Virus record (IMG/VR): IMGVR_UViG_3300036795_000143
Coordinates: 15,279 to 79,278 of that record
Source: a virus
Direction: 5' to 3' (one strand)
Length of the DNA stretch: 64,000 nt
In this document: positions 47,216-57,410 of the stretch, piece by piece
How the letters are laid out: every line of letters begins with the position of its first letter
Position numbering within the stretch: position 1 is the first letter of the stretch
Notes under the pieces: model-generated
Told to the model about the DNA's origin: nothing
What the model saw: the letters and a program-made list of their open reading frames with translations, nothing else
Databases searched by the model: none
Made by a program: the position numbers and the translations under genes

Positions 47216-47707
47216 TTATTGTGGGTTTCGGCCGATGAGTGCCCGGCGGTCTTCGACGGTGCGGTTAAGGATCGCTAGGATTGTGTTCGGTTTCCACCCG
47301 AGGGCTTTTTCGAGCCGGGCCAGTGTGCGTGGTTCGTACGTGCAGCGTTGGCAGCCCTCGATTCGTCGCATGGTCTGCTCGGCTGGCCCACCGGCTTTCA
47401 TCACGTCGAATTGGCTCATGCCGAGCCAATTGCGGCGCCCGAGGACGCAATCGGCTACGCCTTGCCAGTCGAGGGTTTCCCCACGGGTCCTGGGCAAATC
47501 CAGCGGCTCTTCGTCGTCGGTGGTGTCGGTGGTGTCGGGTGCGTAGCTGGCGAGGACAACCCGCAGTGTCCCCTCGGCGACTCCCATCGCGGCGATGGTG
47601 TGCCCACGGTGGTGTTGTTGTTTCGTTTCGGCGTTGATCGCGTCGTGTAGCAGCTGGGCGGCGTAGTTGACCGCGCTTTTCATTTCGTCATTACTGATGC
47701 GGTTCAT
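47216..47707 (-). CDS. XRE-like HTH protein
   Basis: RR..LGMSQ.DV..AGGP...T.R.IEG...TLARLEKALGW. Confidence 0.7.
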   Translation of the reverse strand: MNRISNDEMKSAVNYAAQLLHDAINAETKQQHHRGHTIAAMGVAEGTLRVVLASYAPDTTDTTDDEEPLDLPRTRGETLDWQGVADCVLGRRNWLGMSQFDVMKAGGPAEQTMRRIEGCQRCTYEPRTLARLEKALGWKPNTILAILNRTVEDRRALIGRNPQ

Positions 47708-47716
47708 GGGCGCGGG

Positions 47717-48112
47717 TCAATTAACGGAGCAGTTGTCGTCGGGGTGCCGGATCATCCGGATACCGGGGTGCTGGATCACTGGGTGGGGATTGCGTTCCAC
47801 CCGCTGTTTCGTTTTCACCATTCGCGGTGGCCGGCACGAGATCAACGCGGCCTCAGTCAACGAGAACCCGATCGGTGAGACCTTCTCGCCCGCGTCCCAC
47901 CGTCTGATGAAACCAACTGCGGTCGGTGGGGTGCGGAATTTGAATCGCAGCTGACGGTTCACGTCGAGGTAGGAGATGGTGTCTTTGGTGACTTTGATGT
48001 ATCGCGCGTCGGGGACTTGCCGCATGATCGCTGCGGCGATAGCACACCGGGTGGTGATGCCGCGCTGCGCTATGGAGATCTCCTCGTCGGCGACTACTAT
48101 GTCTTTCCTCAT
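47717..48112 (-). CDS. Hypothetical protein
   Basis: SD GGAGG; CAIAAAI...WDAG. Confidence 0.6.
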   Translation of the reverse strand: MRKDIVVADEEISIAQRGITTRCAIAAAIMRQVPDARYIKVTKDTISYLDVNRQLRFKFRTPPTAVGFIRRWDAGEKVSPIGFSLTEAALISCRPPRMVKTKQRVERNPHPVIQHPGIRMIRHPDDNCSVN

Positions 48113-48122
48113 GATTCCTCCG

Positions 48123-48494
48123 TTATAGGTCAGTTGCGCGCACTGACATAGGCCAGTTGCGCGCACTGACCCGTAGCTGATTGTTTGCGTCGGCATGTAC
48201 TCCAGCGTCGAATTGCGCTTGGAATATCGCTTCCATGTCGTTCGCGGGGACCTCGGTGGGGTGGTCGGAGCGGTGCAGGATCCGCTGGTGGCGCAGTCCC
48301 CACCGCGCCACCAGCTGGATCCCGACCTCGGCCTTGCCCCCGCCTATGTCCTCGATGTAGGACTCCCAGCGGGCTTCCCGAACTGCGCGCGCTTCGCGCC
48401 AGCCCTGGACCAGTGCGGTGAAAGCCCACACACCGGTCCCTAGTGGTATGAGCGCGAAGAGCGCGAGCATCGGGTAAAGCAAGACCCGTCCCAT
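48123..48494 (-). CDS. Membrane protein
   Basis: N-terminal TM helix. Confidence 0.6.
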   Translation of the reverse strand: MGRVLLYPMLALFALIPLGTGVWAFTALVQGWREARAVREARWESYIEDIGGGKAEVGIQLVARWGLRHQRILHRSDHPTEVPANDMEAIFQAQFDAGVHADANNQLRVSARNWPMSVRATDL

Positions 48495-48496
48495 GG

Positions 48497-49426
48497 TCAG
48501 CTACCCGAAACAATCACGGGTGAGCCCTGCGGGATGGGAATGACTCGAACCTTGCCGTCCTTGATGGCCTGGTTCACGGCCAGCTTCTGCTGGTAATCCA
48601 GGTAGCCCTGGATTCCACCGGGGAACCGCTCAGCGGCAGTGCGGTCGGTGTCAGCGGTGGCGCTACGCAAACCAGCGGCCTGGTTGTTCTCGATCTCACC
48701 GTTCAGCACGTCCGGCAGGGTCGGTTGCAGGAGCTGCACGTTGTCGATGATGAAGTGGTCAGCGCCGGCCTGCTGAATGACCCGGCTCGGAAGCTCCGCT
48801 ATGACGGCCTGTTGCCATTCAGCGTTTTTCGCGGGGTCGTTATAGAGCTGCTGCCACGTGTAATGCAAACCTGCGTCGTTCGCTGCTTTGTTGATGGGGT
48901 CGCCCACATAGCGACGCACAACCTCGTCCCAACCGTCGGGTTGCGGATCGCCACCGCTTGTGGCGAAAGCGTTGTTATGTCTCCCAATCGTGTCGTGAAA
49001 TCGCTGGAACAGGCCACCGGGCCAGTCGCGGTCGAACACCTGCCTATCACCGGTCGGGGTTTTCACCGTCCGGTATTCCTTGTAGTCGGTGCAGTCGGTG
49101 TTCAGGCGGAACGTGACGGTGCCCCGAACGGTGAGTTTGATTTGGTTGTTCGTGGACACCAGCAGCGGTGGTGCGTCAGATCCAGCGGCGTCGGAGAACG
49201 TGAACGTTCGCTGGCCCTGCGGGTAGTAGAAGTGCTGCATCCCAGGGCTTGTAACGTCACGGACACCAGGGCCGATGCACCGGTCGAACGCTTGCGATGA
49301 GAACCAGCCACCGGAGTACCGCAATACGGCTTGGCTGGTGTCAGGGTCGGCTACCGCGCACCCACCGGCCAGCGTGGCGCAACCCACCAACGCAGCCAGG
49401 GTGAGCAGGACCCTACGGGTATTCAT
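48497..49426 (-). CDS. SPFH/band-7-like lipoprotein
   Basis: Lipobox-like LAGGC; SPFH-like core; C-terminal AIKDGKV...P.GS. Confidence 0.6.
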   Translation of the reverse strand: MNTRRVLLTLAALVGCATLAGGCAVADPDTSQAVLRYSGGWFSSQAFDRCIGPGVRDVTSPGMQHFYYPQGQRTFTFSDAAGSDAPPLLVSTNNQIKLTVRGTVTFRLNTDCTDYKEYRTVKTPTGDRQVFDRDWPGGLFQRFHDTIGRHNNAFATSGGDPQPDGWDEVVRRYVGDPINKAANDAGLHYTWQQLYNDPAKNAEWQQAVIAELPSRVIQQAGADHFIIDNVQLLQPTLPDVLNGEIENNQAAGLRSATADTDRTAAERFPGGIQGYLDYQQKLAVNQAIKDGKVRVIPIPQGSPVIVSGS

Positions 49427-49444
49427 TCTTTTCTCTTCTTTCGT

Positions 49445-49933
49445 TTAGACGGTGGCTAGGGCCGCGTCGGCGGTGAGCGTGAGCGCTTCGGCGGCGGCGA
49501 TTACGTCATTGACGGCGGCGTCGATGCTGGTTTCGGTGGCGTATCGCTGCGCGGCGGCGAGCGCTTCACCCCATGTACCCCTTTTCTTAGCTGCGCAGGT
49601 GCAGCACTCGCATATGCACGCGCCTTTGTCTTGGACCGCTTGCGCTGCGGTAAAAACTTTGATGGCGCCGGGGGTGAAGTCGTAGCCGTGGGAGTGGGCC
49701 AGGAAGGTCGCGAGCGAGGGAAACGAGTTCCTATTGCAAAACGATTCGTAGATCAGGCGCATGGGCACACCCATGCTCACCAGGGCGTACCCGACCATGC
49801 AGCTGGGTTCGAGGTCGCCGTTAACGTCGGTGACATAAACGCACGTGCCCTGGGGGTAGATGTAGCTCGCGCCCCGGCCGCTGACGGCTTGCCGCAGTCC
49901 GTTCAGAGCATCCTGTTCGGTGAATGTGATCAC
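49445..49933 (-). CDS. Hypothetical protein, paralogue of 51718..52320
   Basis: Shared DAL..LR..V...G...Y...CVY.....P.C.VG.AL...G.P and AQ.VQD....WG.AL. Confidence 0.7.
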   Translation of the reverse strand: MITFTEQDALNGLRQAVSGRGASYIYPQGTCVYVTDVNGDLEPSCMVGYALVSMGVPMRLIYESFCNRNSFPSLATFLAHSHGYDFTPGAIKVFTAAQAVQDKGACICECCTCAAKKRGTWGEALAAAQRYATETSIDAAVNDVIAAAEALTLTADAALATV

Positions 49934-49981
49934 CGTGTTCCTCCCTTTTCTGCTGTCTGCTGCTTCGGTGAATTCTGGTAT

Positions 49982-51451
49982 TTATCGCACCCCATTGCGT
50001 GCCAGCTCAGCCGGTGGCACGAGTTTCATATCCGGCAGCCCTGGACCGAGGATGCGCATACCAGCCGCGCCACCGGTAACAAGGTTTTTGACAACCGTGT
50101 CGAGGGTGGGCAAAGGTGCTGGGTCAGCGGCGTCCTGGTGGAGCTTCAGCTGCGAGTGCAAACTGCGGGCAGCACCAACCAGATCCTGCGTGGTCAACAC
50201 ATAATCGGTGCTGCCGTTCATGCGGTGAATGGCGAACGAACGGGCCCGGTCGGCCGTAGCGCGGATGAAGGCCGGGAGGAATCCGTCCATTTCGGCGTAC
50301 ACCGCGTCAAAATCGACATCATCGGCGAGTTTGCCGGGTGCGACCACGACTCGGATGAGCTGCTCAGTGGCCGGACGGTCGAGGCCGGCGATCTCCAGAA
50401 CGTAGTCGAGGCGGCCGGGACGGAGCATTCCCGGCGGCACTTTCCCGATGTGGTTGGTCGACATCGCGACGATGATCTCACCGCTTTTCGTGGTGATTCC
50501 GTCGAAGGCGTCGAGCATTTTCGACACGGCTTTGGGGTTGGTGCTGCCGGTGTCGGTGTCGACGTCCTCAATCCAGACCACGGATGGGGCGTACAACCTC
50601 GCGGTGGTGAGAACGTCCTCCACGCGGTCACGACCAGGTCGGGCCATCACGAACGTCCAGCCAGCGGCGACGGCCTCTTTCGCGGTCATCATTCCGACGC
50701 TGGTTTTACCGGTCCCGTACGGGCCGTAAAGGAGCACCGCGCGCTTCAGGGGAATGCCTTCGCTGCGGTAGGACTGCGGGTGACGCAGCGGTGAGAACAA
50801 CGCCGCGTCCAGGGACGCTTGGACACCGGACGCGAACACGATCTGCGTCGGGTCGAACCGGTCGAGGTCCTCAATGAACGTCAACTCATCAGCACCAGCG
50901 ACGGCCTTGCCCCGGTAGATGGATGCGCTTTTGAGTTGCTCGGCGACGTCGGCGAAGAACTCTTCGATTTCCTTGTTGAACATCCGCTTCGCCCGGATCA
51001 TGATCTCGAAGATCTCGCCGTAGTCGCGGTGTTCGGTGGCGCCGAGATAAACGTCGCCGCCGTCGATCATGGGGATCTGGATCCGACCCCACGGGGCTTG
51101 CACGGTCTTTCCGCCGGGACCGATTGGGATCTCCAGCACCTCCGGGGGATGGTCCCCGAACATGGTTTGGATCGCTTTGCCCATGACCAGTCCGTAGCGT
51201 GCTTTCAGCACGATCGCGGTCGCTACTGCCCCATCAGCGGGCCGGTAGTTGAATTCGCGGCGGAAATCGGAAACGGTTTCCTGTTCCCGCTTCTTCGCCT
51301 CCAGGATCGTCATGAGCCGGGAGTAGGTGGTGCCTCTGGGCAGCGTGATGAGTTGCCGGTCGTCGCGACGGAACTCGATCTCATCACCGGTGATCAAGTC
51401 AGGGTCGATACCGAATCTAGTTGATGCCGTTGTCATTGATGCCGTTGTCAT
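49982..51451 (-). CDS. AAA+ ATPase
   Basis: VLLYGPYGTGKT, VWIEDVD, STNH, MLRPGRLD. Confidence 0.9.
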   Translation of the reverse strand: MTTASMTTASTRFGIDPDLITGDEIEFRRDDRQLITLPRGTTYSRLMTILEAKKREQETVSDFRREFNYRPADGAVATAIVLKARYGLVMGKAIQTMFGDHPPEVLEIPIGPGGKTVQAPWGRIQIPMIDGGDVYLGATEHRDYGEIFEIMIRAKRMFNKEIEEFFADVAEQLKSASIYRGKAVAGADELTFIEDLDRFDPTQIVFASGVQASLDAALFSPLRHPQSYRSEGIPLKRAVLLYGPYGTGKTSVGMMTAKEAVAAGWTFVMARPGRDRVEDVLTTARLYAPSVVWIEDVDTDTGSTNPKAVSKMLDAFDGITTKSGEIIVAMSTNHIGKVPPGMLRPGRLDYVLEIAGLDRPATEQLIRVVVAPGKLADDVDFDAVYAEMDGFLPAFIRATADRARSFAIHRMNGSTDYVLTTQDLVGAARSLHSQLKLHQDAADPAPLPTLDTVVKNLVTGGAAGMRILGPGLPDMKLVPPAELARNGVR

Positions 51452-51717
51452 GGGAATGTCTCATTTCCTTAGTGAAGCGGGCGCGGTACTTCTCGGATGC
51501 GGGCCAAAGCGGGTCAGTCGGACCGAATCGGGGCCAGGTCCCCCAGCAGAACGGGCAGCCGTAGAAAAGCGGGCCGTCGTAAACGCCACGGATCTCGACG
51601 GCGAGCGCACGCCGATACCGCGTCCCGTGACCGGGGTGCTGGAATCGTTCGGGGATTGGTTCGCCGAGGAGGTCGGCACCGCAATGCGGGCAGGTGTCGA
51701 CCTCCTCGGCGGGTAGG

Positions 51718-52320
51718 TCAGGCACCGGCTCCTTCAGCGGGGGCGTCAGCCGCAGCAATGGGGGCGTCGATCGCAGCAGCAACGGCGTCATCGGTAGGGC
51801 CAGCGGCAGCAGGGCCAGCGGCAGCAGGGGCCGGGGCGGTGGCGTCGGCGGCCTTCCGGGCGGCGTTATCCGAAGCCCACGCCTCAGCGCGGCGCAGCGC
51901 CGCACCCCAGGTCGCGTCCCGCTTCTCCTGGCACGACTCGCACCCGCAGTCGGCATCGGCTTTGCCGATCATCGCGGCGTCCTGAACGATCTGCGCGGAC
52001 CGGAAAAGCAGCTGTGCCTCCTCCTCGATGATGTAGCCGTGCTGAGCGAGCCGACCGGCGAGGGCGTGGACGTTGATGCTGTTGAATTCGGCGTCAGCCA
52101 TCAGCCCCAGCGGGATGCCGAGGCGGGCCAAAGCGCAGCCGACGATGCACAGCGGCTGGAGTTCATCGTCGATTTTCCAGACGTACACACACGTGCCCTT
52201 GGGGCCGTCAGCTGGGGGTTGGTAACTGAAGTCCTCACCCTTTTCGGCGACGACAGCGCGCAGTGCCTCCAGGGCGTCATCGCAGGTGATGGTCAGGACT
52301 GTTGCGGTGGGCGTAGACAT
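51718..52320 (-). CDS. Hypothetical protein, paralogue of 49445..49933
   Basis: See paralogue. Confidence 0.7.
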   Translation of the reverse strand: MSTPTATVLTITCDDALEALRAVVAEKGEDFSYQPPADGPKGTCVYVWKIDDELQPLCIVGCALARLGIPLGLMADAEFNSINVHALAGRLAQHGYIIEEEAQLLFRSAQIVQDAAMIGKADADCGCESCQEKRDATWGAALRRAEAWASDNAARKAADATAPAPAAAGPAAAGPTDDAVAAAIDAPIAAADAPAEGAGA

Positions 52321-52742
52321 TCGTGATACCTCTCTTGATGATGAGAATCGGTCGTATTTGTTGCGTGCTTGGCGACCAGGGACAAATCGCAGGGGGAGCG
52401 CCCAACCGGTCTAGCGCCCTATCTCTGGTACTTAGTGGGTGACCGTCCCCGCCAAGCCTTTTCCCTCACTCGGTGATCAGGTAGTAGCCGAGTGAGTTGT
52501 CTCGTTTCGAGCAGCCGGCTCGGTAATGACCCCAACCGACTCTCGCGGCCATGTGATGTTCGTGTTCGGCGCCGCAGTGGGGGCAGTCCACTACTGCCAC
52601 CACCCAATGCAAAGCAACTTTCGGGGGGTGTAAACGTTCAGCGATTCCCCCGGTCGCGGGATTAACCCAGCAGTGGGGATCTATCCAACACGGCACAATT
52701 GGATAGTCATCGCCCATATATAGGCGCAGTGGTTCCATGTAT

Positions 52743-53339
52743 TCACGGCCATTTCACGACAGCTAATGGCACCCCGTGGTGTTTGCGTACCGGTACCGGC
52801 CACCCCAAATGTTGCGCGCACATGTGAGCCATCCCGAGCGCTTCACATTCGTGGTGCCGCAGGTCGCTTCTCGTGCACGGCAAACCAGGCCACATTTGGT
52901 GCATCGCGGCAACAATGTGGCGCTTCTCAACGGGGTGTTTCGCTGACCCAGCTGAGCCGGTAACCCACTTCTTCAGGGTCAGCGGGCTAACTGTGGCGAG
53001 GGGAATGTCGAGGTGCAGGAGGATGTCAACGATGTGGTAATAGACGGCGGCCCGTTCCAACGCATTGCCACCGAACGCCTCATAGGCGGGCGCTTCGATA
53101 AGCGCTAACTGGCCACCATCGGGGGGAACTGTCGACTTGACACCAGCGGCGACCGCTTTAATTCGACGGTTCTGCCCAGCAACCGAATCATCGGTCAGGG
53201 CGGTCGAGATAACCAAAGTCCGAGCGCGGACACTATCGCCAACTCGTTCAATTATCCCCACACCAGTTCTGGCGAGAGCCGAATCCACCCCAATCACATA
53301 GGGCCGACCCCGATCCACATCCAACAAATCGGCGATCAC
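52743..53339 (-). CDS. RuvC-like Holliday junction resolvase (phage type)
   Basis: IGVDSALARTGVG, LIEAP, PLTLKKWVTG.....K, HHECEAL.MA (last acidic site atypical). Confidence 0.75.
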   Translation of the reverse strand: MIADLLDVDRGRPYVIGVDSALARTGVGIIERVGDSVRARTLVISTALTDDSVAGQNRRIKAVAAGVKSTVPPDGGQLALIEAPAYEAFGGNALERAAVYYHIVDILLHLDIPLATVSPLTLKKWVTGSAGSAKHPVEKRHIVAAMHQMWPGLPCTRSDLRHHECEALGMAHMCAQHLGWPVPVRKHHGVPLAVVKWP

Positions 53340-54634
53340 GATACAACACCGCCCAACAAATCCAGCAGTGAGCCTTGCGCGGGATCCACGACTGGAATCC
53401 GTGCCACCGCACCGGGGTCTAGTCCGGCTGCACGGGCGCGCTCCTTCGGGTCGTTGACGCGCCACCTAGCGATCAAGTCGCCGTAATCCCAACTGGCATC
53501 TACACTGATGCCGAGTCTGCCCGCCATCGACGCGACTAACGCTGTAGCGCCCGTACCTCCGAACGGATCGACCACAACACCTGGCGTGACCGGGGCAGCG
53601 GTGTCCGAACACAAGCAGGCGCTAGCCGTGATCTCCCGTTCGGTATGTTCAATGTGGTGCCTGGCAGTGGCTGTAGCGAACTTCCCGACCTCGTAAAGTG
53701 CTCCGCTGACAGGCTCCGCACCGCGTAGTCGTTGCGTCCGGACAACCGGCCGGCGTCCCTCGCCGCAAGCGGTGCACACCTCACGAGGTGACCAACCCTG
53801 GATGATCGGGCGCACTAACGCGAATGGGAAAGCTGCGTAATGATCGAGGCCGTCCTCGCAGCCTTTCCCCTTACGACCGTTGCAGCATCGGGCGTGGCTG
53901 ATGTGATCTGGCACGTTTAGCGGTTGTGATGCGATCGACCACACCGACCCTGGAAGCGCGCCGGACAAGTTGGGTGAACTGGTGGCGAGGTTTGAGTCTT
54001 TTCCCCCGGGCGATTTCATTGCCTGGTAGGTATGGCCGCCCGCGCGTCCCGGTTTCCAATCTTTTACGTGGGTGGTGCGGATCTCGTCCACCGCGCTGTA
54101 GTAGCGAGGATGTTTTACCATATGGAACAGGTATTCGTGACTGCGCCGTGTTCGGTCGGTCACCGACTCCGGCAGCCCGTTGGCTTTTTCCCATACCTGG
54201 TCTTGACGGACAATCAGCCCGAGATCGTCGACGCAACTAATCGCGTACCGGTGTGGCAGTAACATGAGCGATTTCTGTCGCGCTAGGTCACGACCAACGA
54301 ACCCTGCGGGACCGGTTGGCGCATACTTGGCCCTACGGCGTTTGACGTCAACACCACTGCCACGGTTGTCGGCGACGTATTTATCGCCGAGGTTGACCCA
54401 AATGGACCCGGATGACTTTAATACGCGCATCATTTCGCGGGTGCATTCGACCAGGTTGCCAAGATATTGCTGCCACGTCGGCTCAGACCCAATCTGTCCC
54501 TCGTAATGCTCGCCGCCATCAGAATACGACCGGAGCGACCAATACGGCGGCGACGTTACGATCAAATCGACAGACGCGTTAGCGAACGGCAATTGCAGCG
54601 CGTCACCTTGGATCAACAATGGAGTTGTTGTCAT
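53336..54634 (-). CDS. Orphan DNA methyltransferase (N4-C/N6-A, beta class)
   Basis: TSPPY, WVNLGD, WEKANGLPES.TDR..RSHEY, H.AAFP, VVDPFGGTG.T. Confidence 0.9.
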   Translation of the reverse strand: MTTTPLLIQGDALQLPFANASVDLIVTSPPYWSLRSYSDGGEHYEGQIGSEPTWQQYLGNLVECTREMMRVLKSSGSIWVNLGDKYVADNRGSGVDVKRRRAKYAPTGPAGFVGRDLARQKSLMLLPHRYAISCVDDLGLIVRQDQVWEKANGLPESVTDRTRRSHEYLFHMVKHPRYYSAVDEIRTTHVKDWKPGRAGGHTYQAMKSPGGKDSNLATSSPNLSGALPGSVWSIASQPLNVPDHISHARCCNGRKGKGCEDGLDHYAAFPFALVRPIIQGWSPREVCTACGEGRRPVVRTQRLRGAEPVSGALYEVGKFATATARHHIEHTEREITASACLCSDTAAPVTPGVVVDPFGGTGATALVASMAGRLGISVDASWDYGDLIARWRVNDPKERARAAGLDPGAVARIPVVDPAQGSLLDLLGGVVS

Positions 54635-55167
54635 TGTTCCGGCACCCATCGCTGCACTGCTGATCGCAATCCCGGTCCCCGCATTTCGGCGAGACCGCGA
54701 AGGCAACAAACCAATGCGTACGACAAATCGACATCACTGGCGCTAGCCGGAAGGGTAGCAGTCGCCATTCGGCACGTTCCATCGGCCTCCAGCAGCTCGA
54801 CCCGAACCTCGATCTCGGGAATTTCCTCTTCGTCGTCAATGGTCGGTAAACCGGGCGGAACAATGCTGGTGCTAATCCCGTTCATTGAGCACCTCCCGCC
54901 ATGCTGCAGTGACGGCGGCGTCCACCGAATCACTATTGTCCGCGATTGCTCGACGGGCAATAATCACGGCTGGCACGGCGTCGATTAGAGCGCTCTGTTC
55001 AGCGGTGGGAAGGCGGCTGATAGCCGAACCGCAACACGGGCACCTTTCGAAGATTGAGGCGCCGGCGCAAGTGAAGCAAATCGACACATCGACGCCGTCC
55101 TCGGACTGATCAGGAGCGCACGATTCCTGGCCTGAGCATTCCCCGCAATGGGCGCAAGTAACGGCGA

Positions 55168-55356
55168 TCATGGCTTCACCTCCTGGCTGGTGTGAAAGGT
55201 GTTTTTGAGTCGTGCCCAATGAGCCGGGGCGTGTTCGAGAACTTCACCGGATTTCGAGTTGACGCACAGCTCACCGGTGAGGGCATGGCAGTAACCGCAC
55301 GGCTTGGGTTGGGCCAGCGCTATGGCTCGTAGTTCGGCGAAGAGGAGATCCTTCAC
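55168..55356 (-). CDS. Small zinc-finger protein
   Basis: CGYCHA..GELC......H.AR; SD GGAAAGG. Confidence 0.6.
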   Translation of the reverse strand: MKDLLFAELRAIALAQPKPCGYCHALTGELCVNSKSGEVLEHAPAHWARLKNTFHTSQEVKP

Positions 55357-55557
55357 GCTGACCTTTCCTTTTTTGCGCGCGCGCGTTCAGTAGTTACAGA
55401 TCAACTTGAGTTCCGAAAAAACCACGGACGAAATGGACGCAGCTTTGTTCGTAGGCAACCCCGCGTCAGCGGGGGCGGCAGCCGGTTTTGACTTTGGGTT
55501 GATCTTGAGCAGTCACCGAGCGCAGCGAGGTGCTGTTGGTTGTTGGTACGGGGGGAC

Positions 55558-55624
55558 CGTGACTCACGCCGTGACATACGCGTGACTCACGCGTGACTGA
55601 CGCGTTAGTCACGCCGTGACCGTG
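55558..55624. repeat. Cluster of CGTGAC/TCACG repeats; candidate replication origin iterons
   Basis: cgtgactcacgccgtgacatacgcgtgactcacgcgtgactgacgcgttagtcacgccgtgaccgtg. Confidence 0.6.
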
Positions 55625-55970
55625 CCGCTTGACGTGCACGGCGCTGGCGTTCTGCAGTCGCTTTTCGTTGATCAACCACGCGAGCACTAGTTGGGTTGTA
55701 GAAGGTGTAATCATGCATGGCCCACCCGCCGTCCTCGGGCACCCAGAGCCCCGCGACCTCCAGCCGGGACGTCTGAGTTTCCGTTCCATAAAGCTCCACG
55801 ATGTCTTTCGAAACATGCCCATCGGTGAGGTGCTCGGCGCAGTAGGAACCGCACCTCACCCACAGTCCAACAGCCGCGTTGCCCGCTTTTAAGATTTTGG
55901 GATGCGAGTGGAATGAGTCGTCGACTTTGAACCAGGTCACCCCTGCGAGCCCCCCCGTTAGCCAGTCCAT
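55605..55970 (-). CDS. Phage replication initiator-like protein, N-terminal domain only
   Basis: WFKVDDSFHSHPK......AVGLW...GSY....TDG...GLW...HDY..YNP....RQRR.R. Confidence 0.7.
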   Translation of the reverse strand: MDWLTGGLAGVTWFKVDDSFHSHPKILKAGNAAVGLWVRCGSYCAEHLTDGHVSKDIVELYGTETQTSRLEVAGLWVPEDGGWAMHDYTFYNPTSARVVDQRKATAERQRRARQAARSRRD

Positions 55971-56218
55971 GCGAGCAGTTCGCTAGGTGTGGCGTTGTCA
56001 TCGACCATCCCAGCTAGCACCAGAATGAGGGCGGTCCGCCAATACGGGTGGTCATCAGCAGCGGTGCGCGCACTGGCGATGGCTTCGGTGATTTCAGTTA
56101 CGTTGCCGTCTCGGACCGCGCCGACTAAACGCAGCGCGGCGGGGACGACGGCATCACCGACGGGGTGTCCCGTCAATGTCGTCGGCGGGCTACGTCCGGA
56201 ATTCGGGGTGGTCATTGT

Positions 56219-56509
56219 TCAGTCGTCGTCGTCGTTGACGCTGAACAAGTCGGGAGCACCAGTCGGTTTGGTGGGGCCTTCCTTCACTTCCATTTCCAGT
56301 ACGGACATGGTTGCTTCCCGACGCAGCTCTCCGTCTTTCATTCGCTTCACGCCGCGACCGGTGCAGACCACTCGCACCAGGAGGGTCATCACATCGTCGA
56401 TGTTCGGGGGTTCGGCAATTTCGTCGATGCCGACGCCGACAACTTTCAGTCGGGCGGTGGCGAATCCGTCGAGCGGTTCCTGTTGTTCGGAAATCGCTAC
56501 TGCATTCAC
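56219..56509 (-). CDS. Hypothetical protein
   Basis: SD AAGGAG. Confidence 0.6.
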   Translation of the reverse strand: MNAVAISEQQEPLDGFATARLKVVGVGIDEIAEPPNIDDVMTLLVRVVCTGRGVKRMKDGELRREATMSVLEMEVKEGPTKPTGAPDLFSVNDDDD

Positions 56510-56768
56510 GGGGATTTGTTCTCCTTGATTAGAGCGGAAGCGTCGTCGGGGGCTTTAGTCTTCGCTGCGATGAGCGTCTGTTCGAATACCTTCCGGAGGT
56601 CGTCGAGGATGGTCAGGCTGAGGGACATGGTGATGAGACAGATGAATGCTTCGGTGTCGTCTTCAGCGCGCAACGCGGCGGCCAGTTTCGCGGCGTCTTT
56701 CGCTACCAACTCAAGGTGGACGGCGAAGCGCACCCGTTCCCGGATGTGGAGGTCGGTGTTAAGGATGC

Positions 56769-57410
56769 TCATTTCGCAGCGTCCTCTCGCTGCTCATCGG
56801 TGAATGCAGCTGATTGACCGGACGCGGCGGCGACGACATAGGAGTTCATTGAGCCGACCGCTGAGCGGGTGCCGTGATCAGTCGCTGCGTAGGTCATTGT
56901 GTTACCGGCTTGGATTCCCATTCGGGCTCCGACCTCAATGGCGTCCTGGTTAGCGCCGAGGTAAACAACGTTCCAACCGTACTCACGTTCCTGGTGTTCG
57001 ACCATTGCTTTGATGGTGAGCCAGGTGAATTCTCTGGACGAGTTTTCCAGGCCATCGGTCATAATGGCGAGGATCACAACGCCGGGACGTTCGTCTTCGG
57101 GTAGCGCCAAGAGTTCGAGCCCGAACTCTTCGATGGATCTGCCCATAGCGTCGAGTAGTGGTGTGCCACCGCAGGGGTCCAACTCGAAAGGCTCAATCAG
57201 GGAGGGGTCAGTGGAGGGGCACACCGTTTCGTACCGGGTGCGCGAGCGGTGGTAGTCGAACTGGGCGATGCGGATGGTGCGTTTGCCGGGGCTCTGTGTC
57301 TGGTCGTGGATGAATTCGTTGATCGCGTCTTCAGCGGACGTGCGAATAGAATCCATTGACCCGCTGCGGTCGACGACGAGCATCACCGCGCAGTAATCAG
57401 AGTTGGTCAC
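56769..57410 (-). CDS. VWA-domain protein
   Basis: MIDAS DRSGSM, GGTPLLDA, IMTDGLENSS, YLGANQDA. Confidence 0.9.
   Translation of the reverse strand: MTNSDYCAVMLVVDRSGSMDSIRTSAEDAINEFIHDQTQSPGKRTIRIAQFDYHRSRTRYETVCPSTDPSLIEPFELDPCGGTPLLDAMGRSIEEFGLELLALPEDERPGVVILAIMTDGLENSSREFTWLTIKAMVEHQEREYGWNVVYLGANQDAIEVGARMGIQAGNTMTYAATDHGTRSAVGSMNSYVVAAASGQSAAFTDEQREDAAK

Larger units (their letters stand above)
42055..47217. promoter_or_regulatory. Ten copies of palindromic AAAGCATGCTT (operator/stoperator-like)
   Basis: Starts at 42055, 42081, 42107, 42130, 42376, 43105, 43213, 43282, 43997 and 47207. Confidence 0.85.

Noticed and set aside
49631-50794. 387-aa plus-strand ORF
   Set aside because: Antisense shadow of the AAA+ ATPase gene.
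51421-51451. 15-bp tandem duplication giving MTTASMTTAS at the AAA+ start
   Set aside because: A simple local duplication with no evidence of function.
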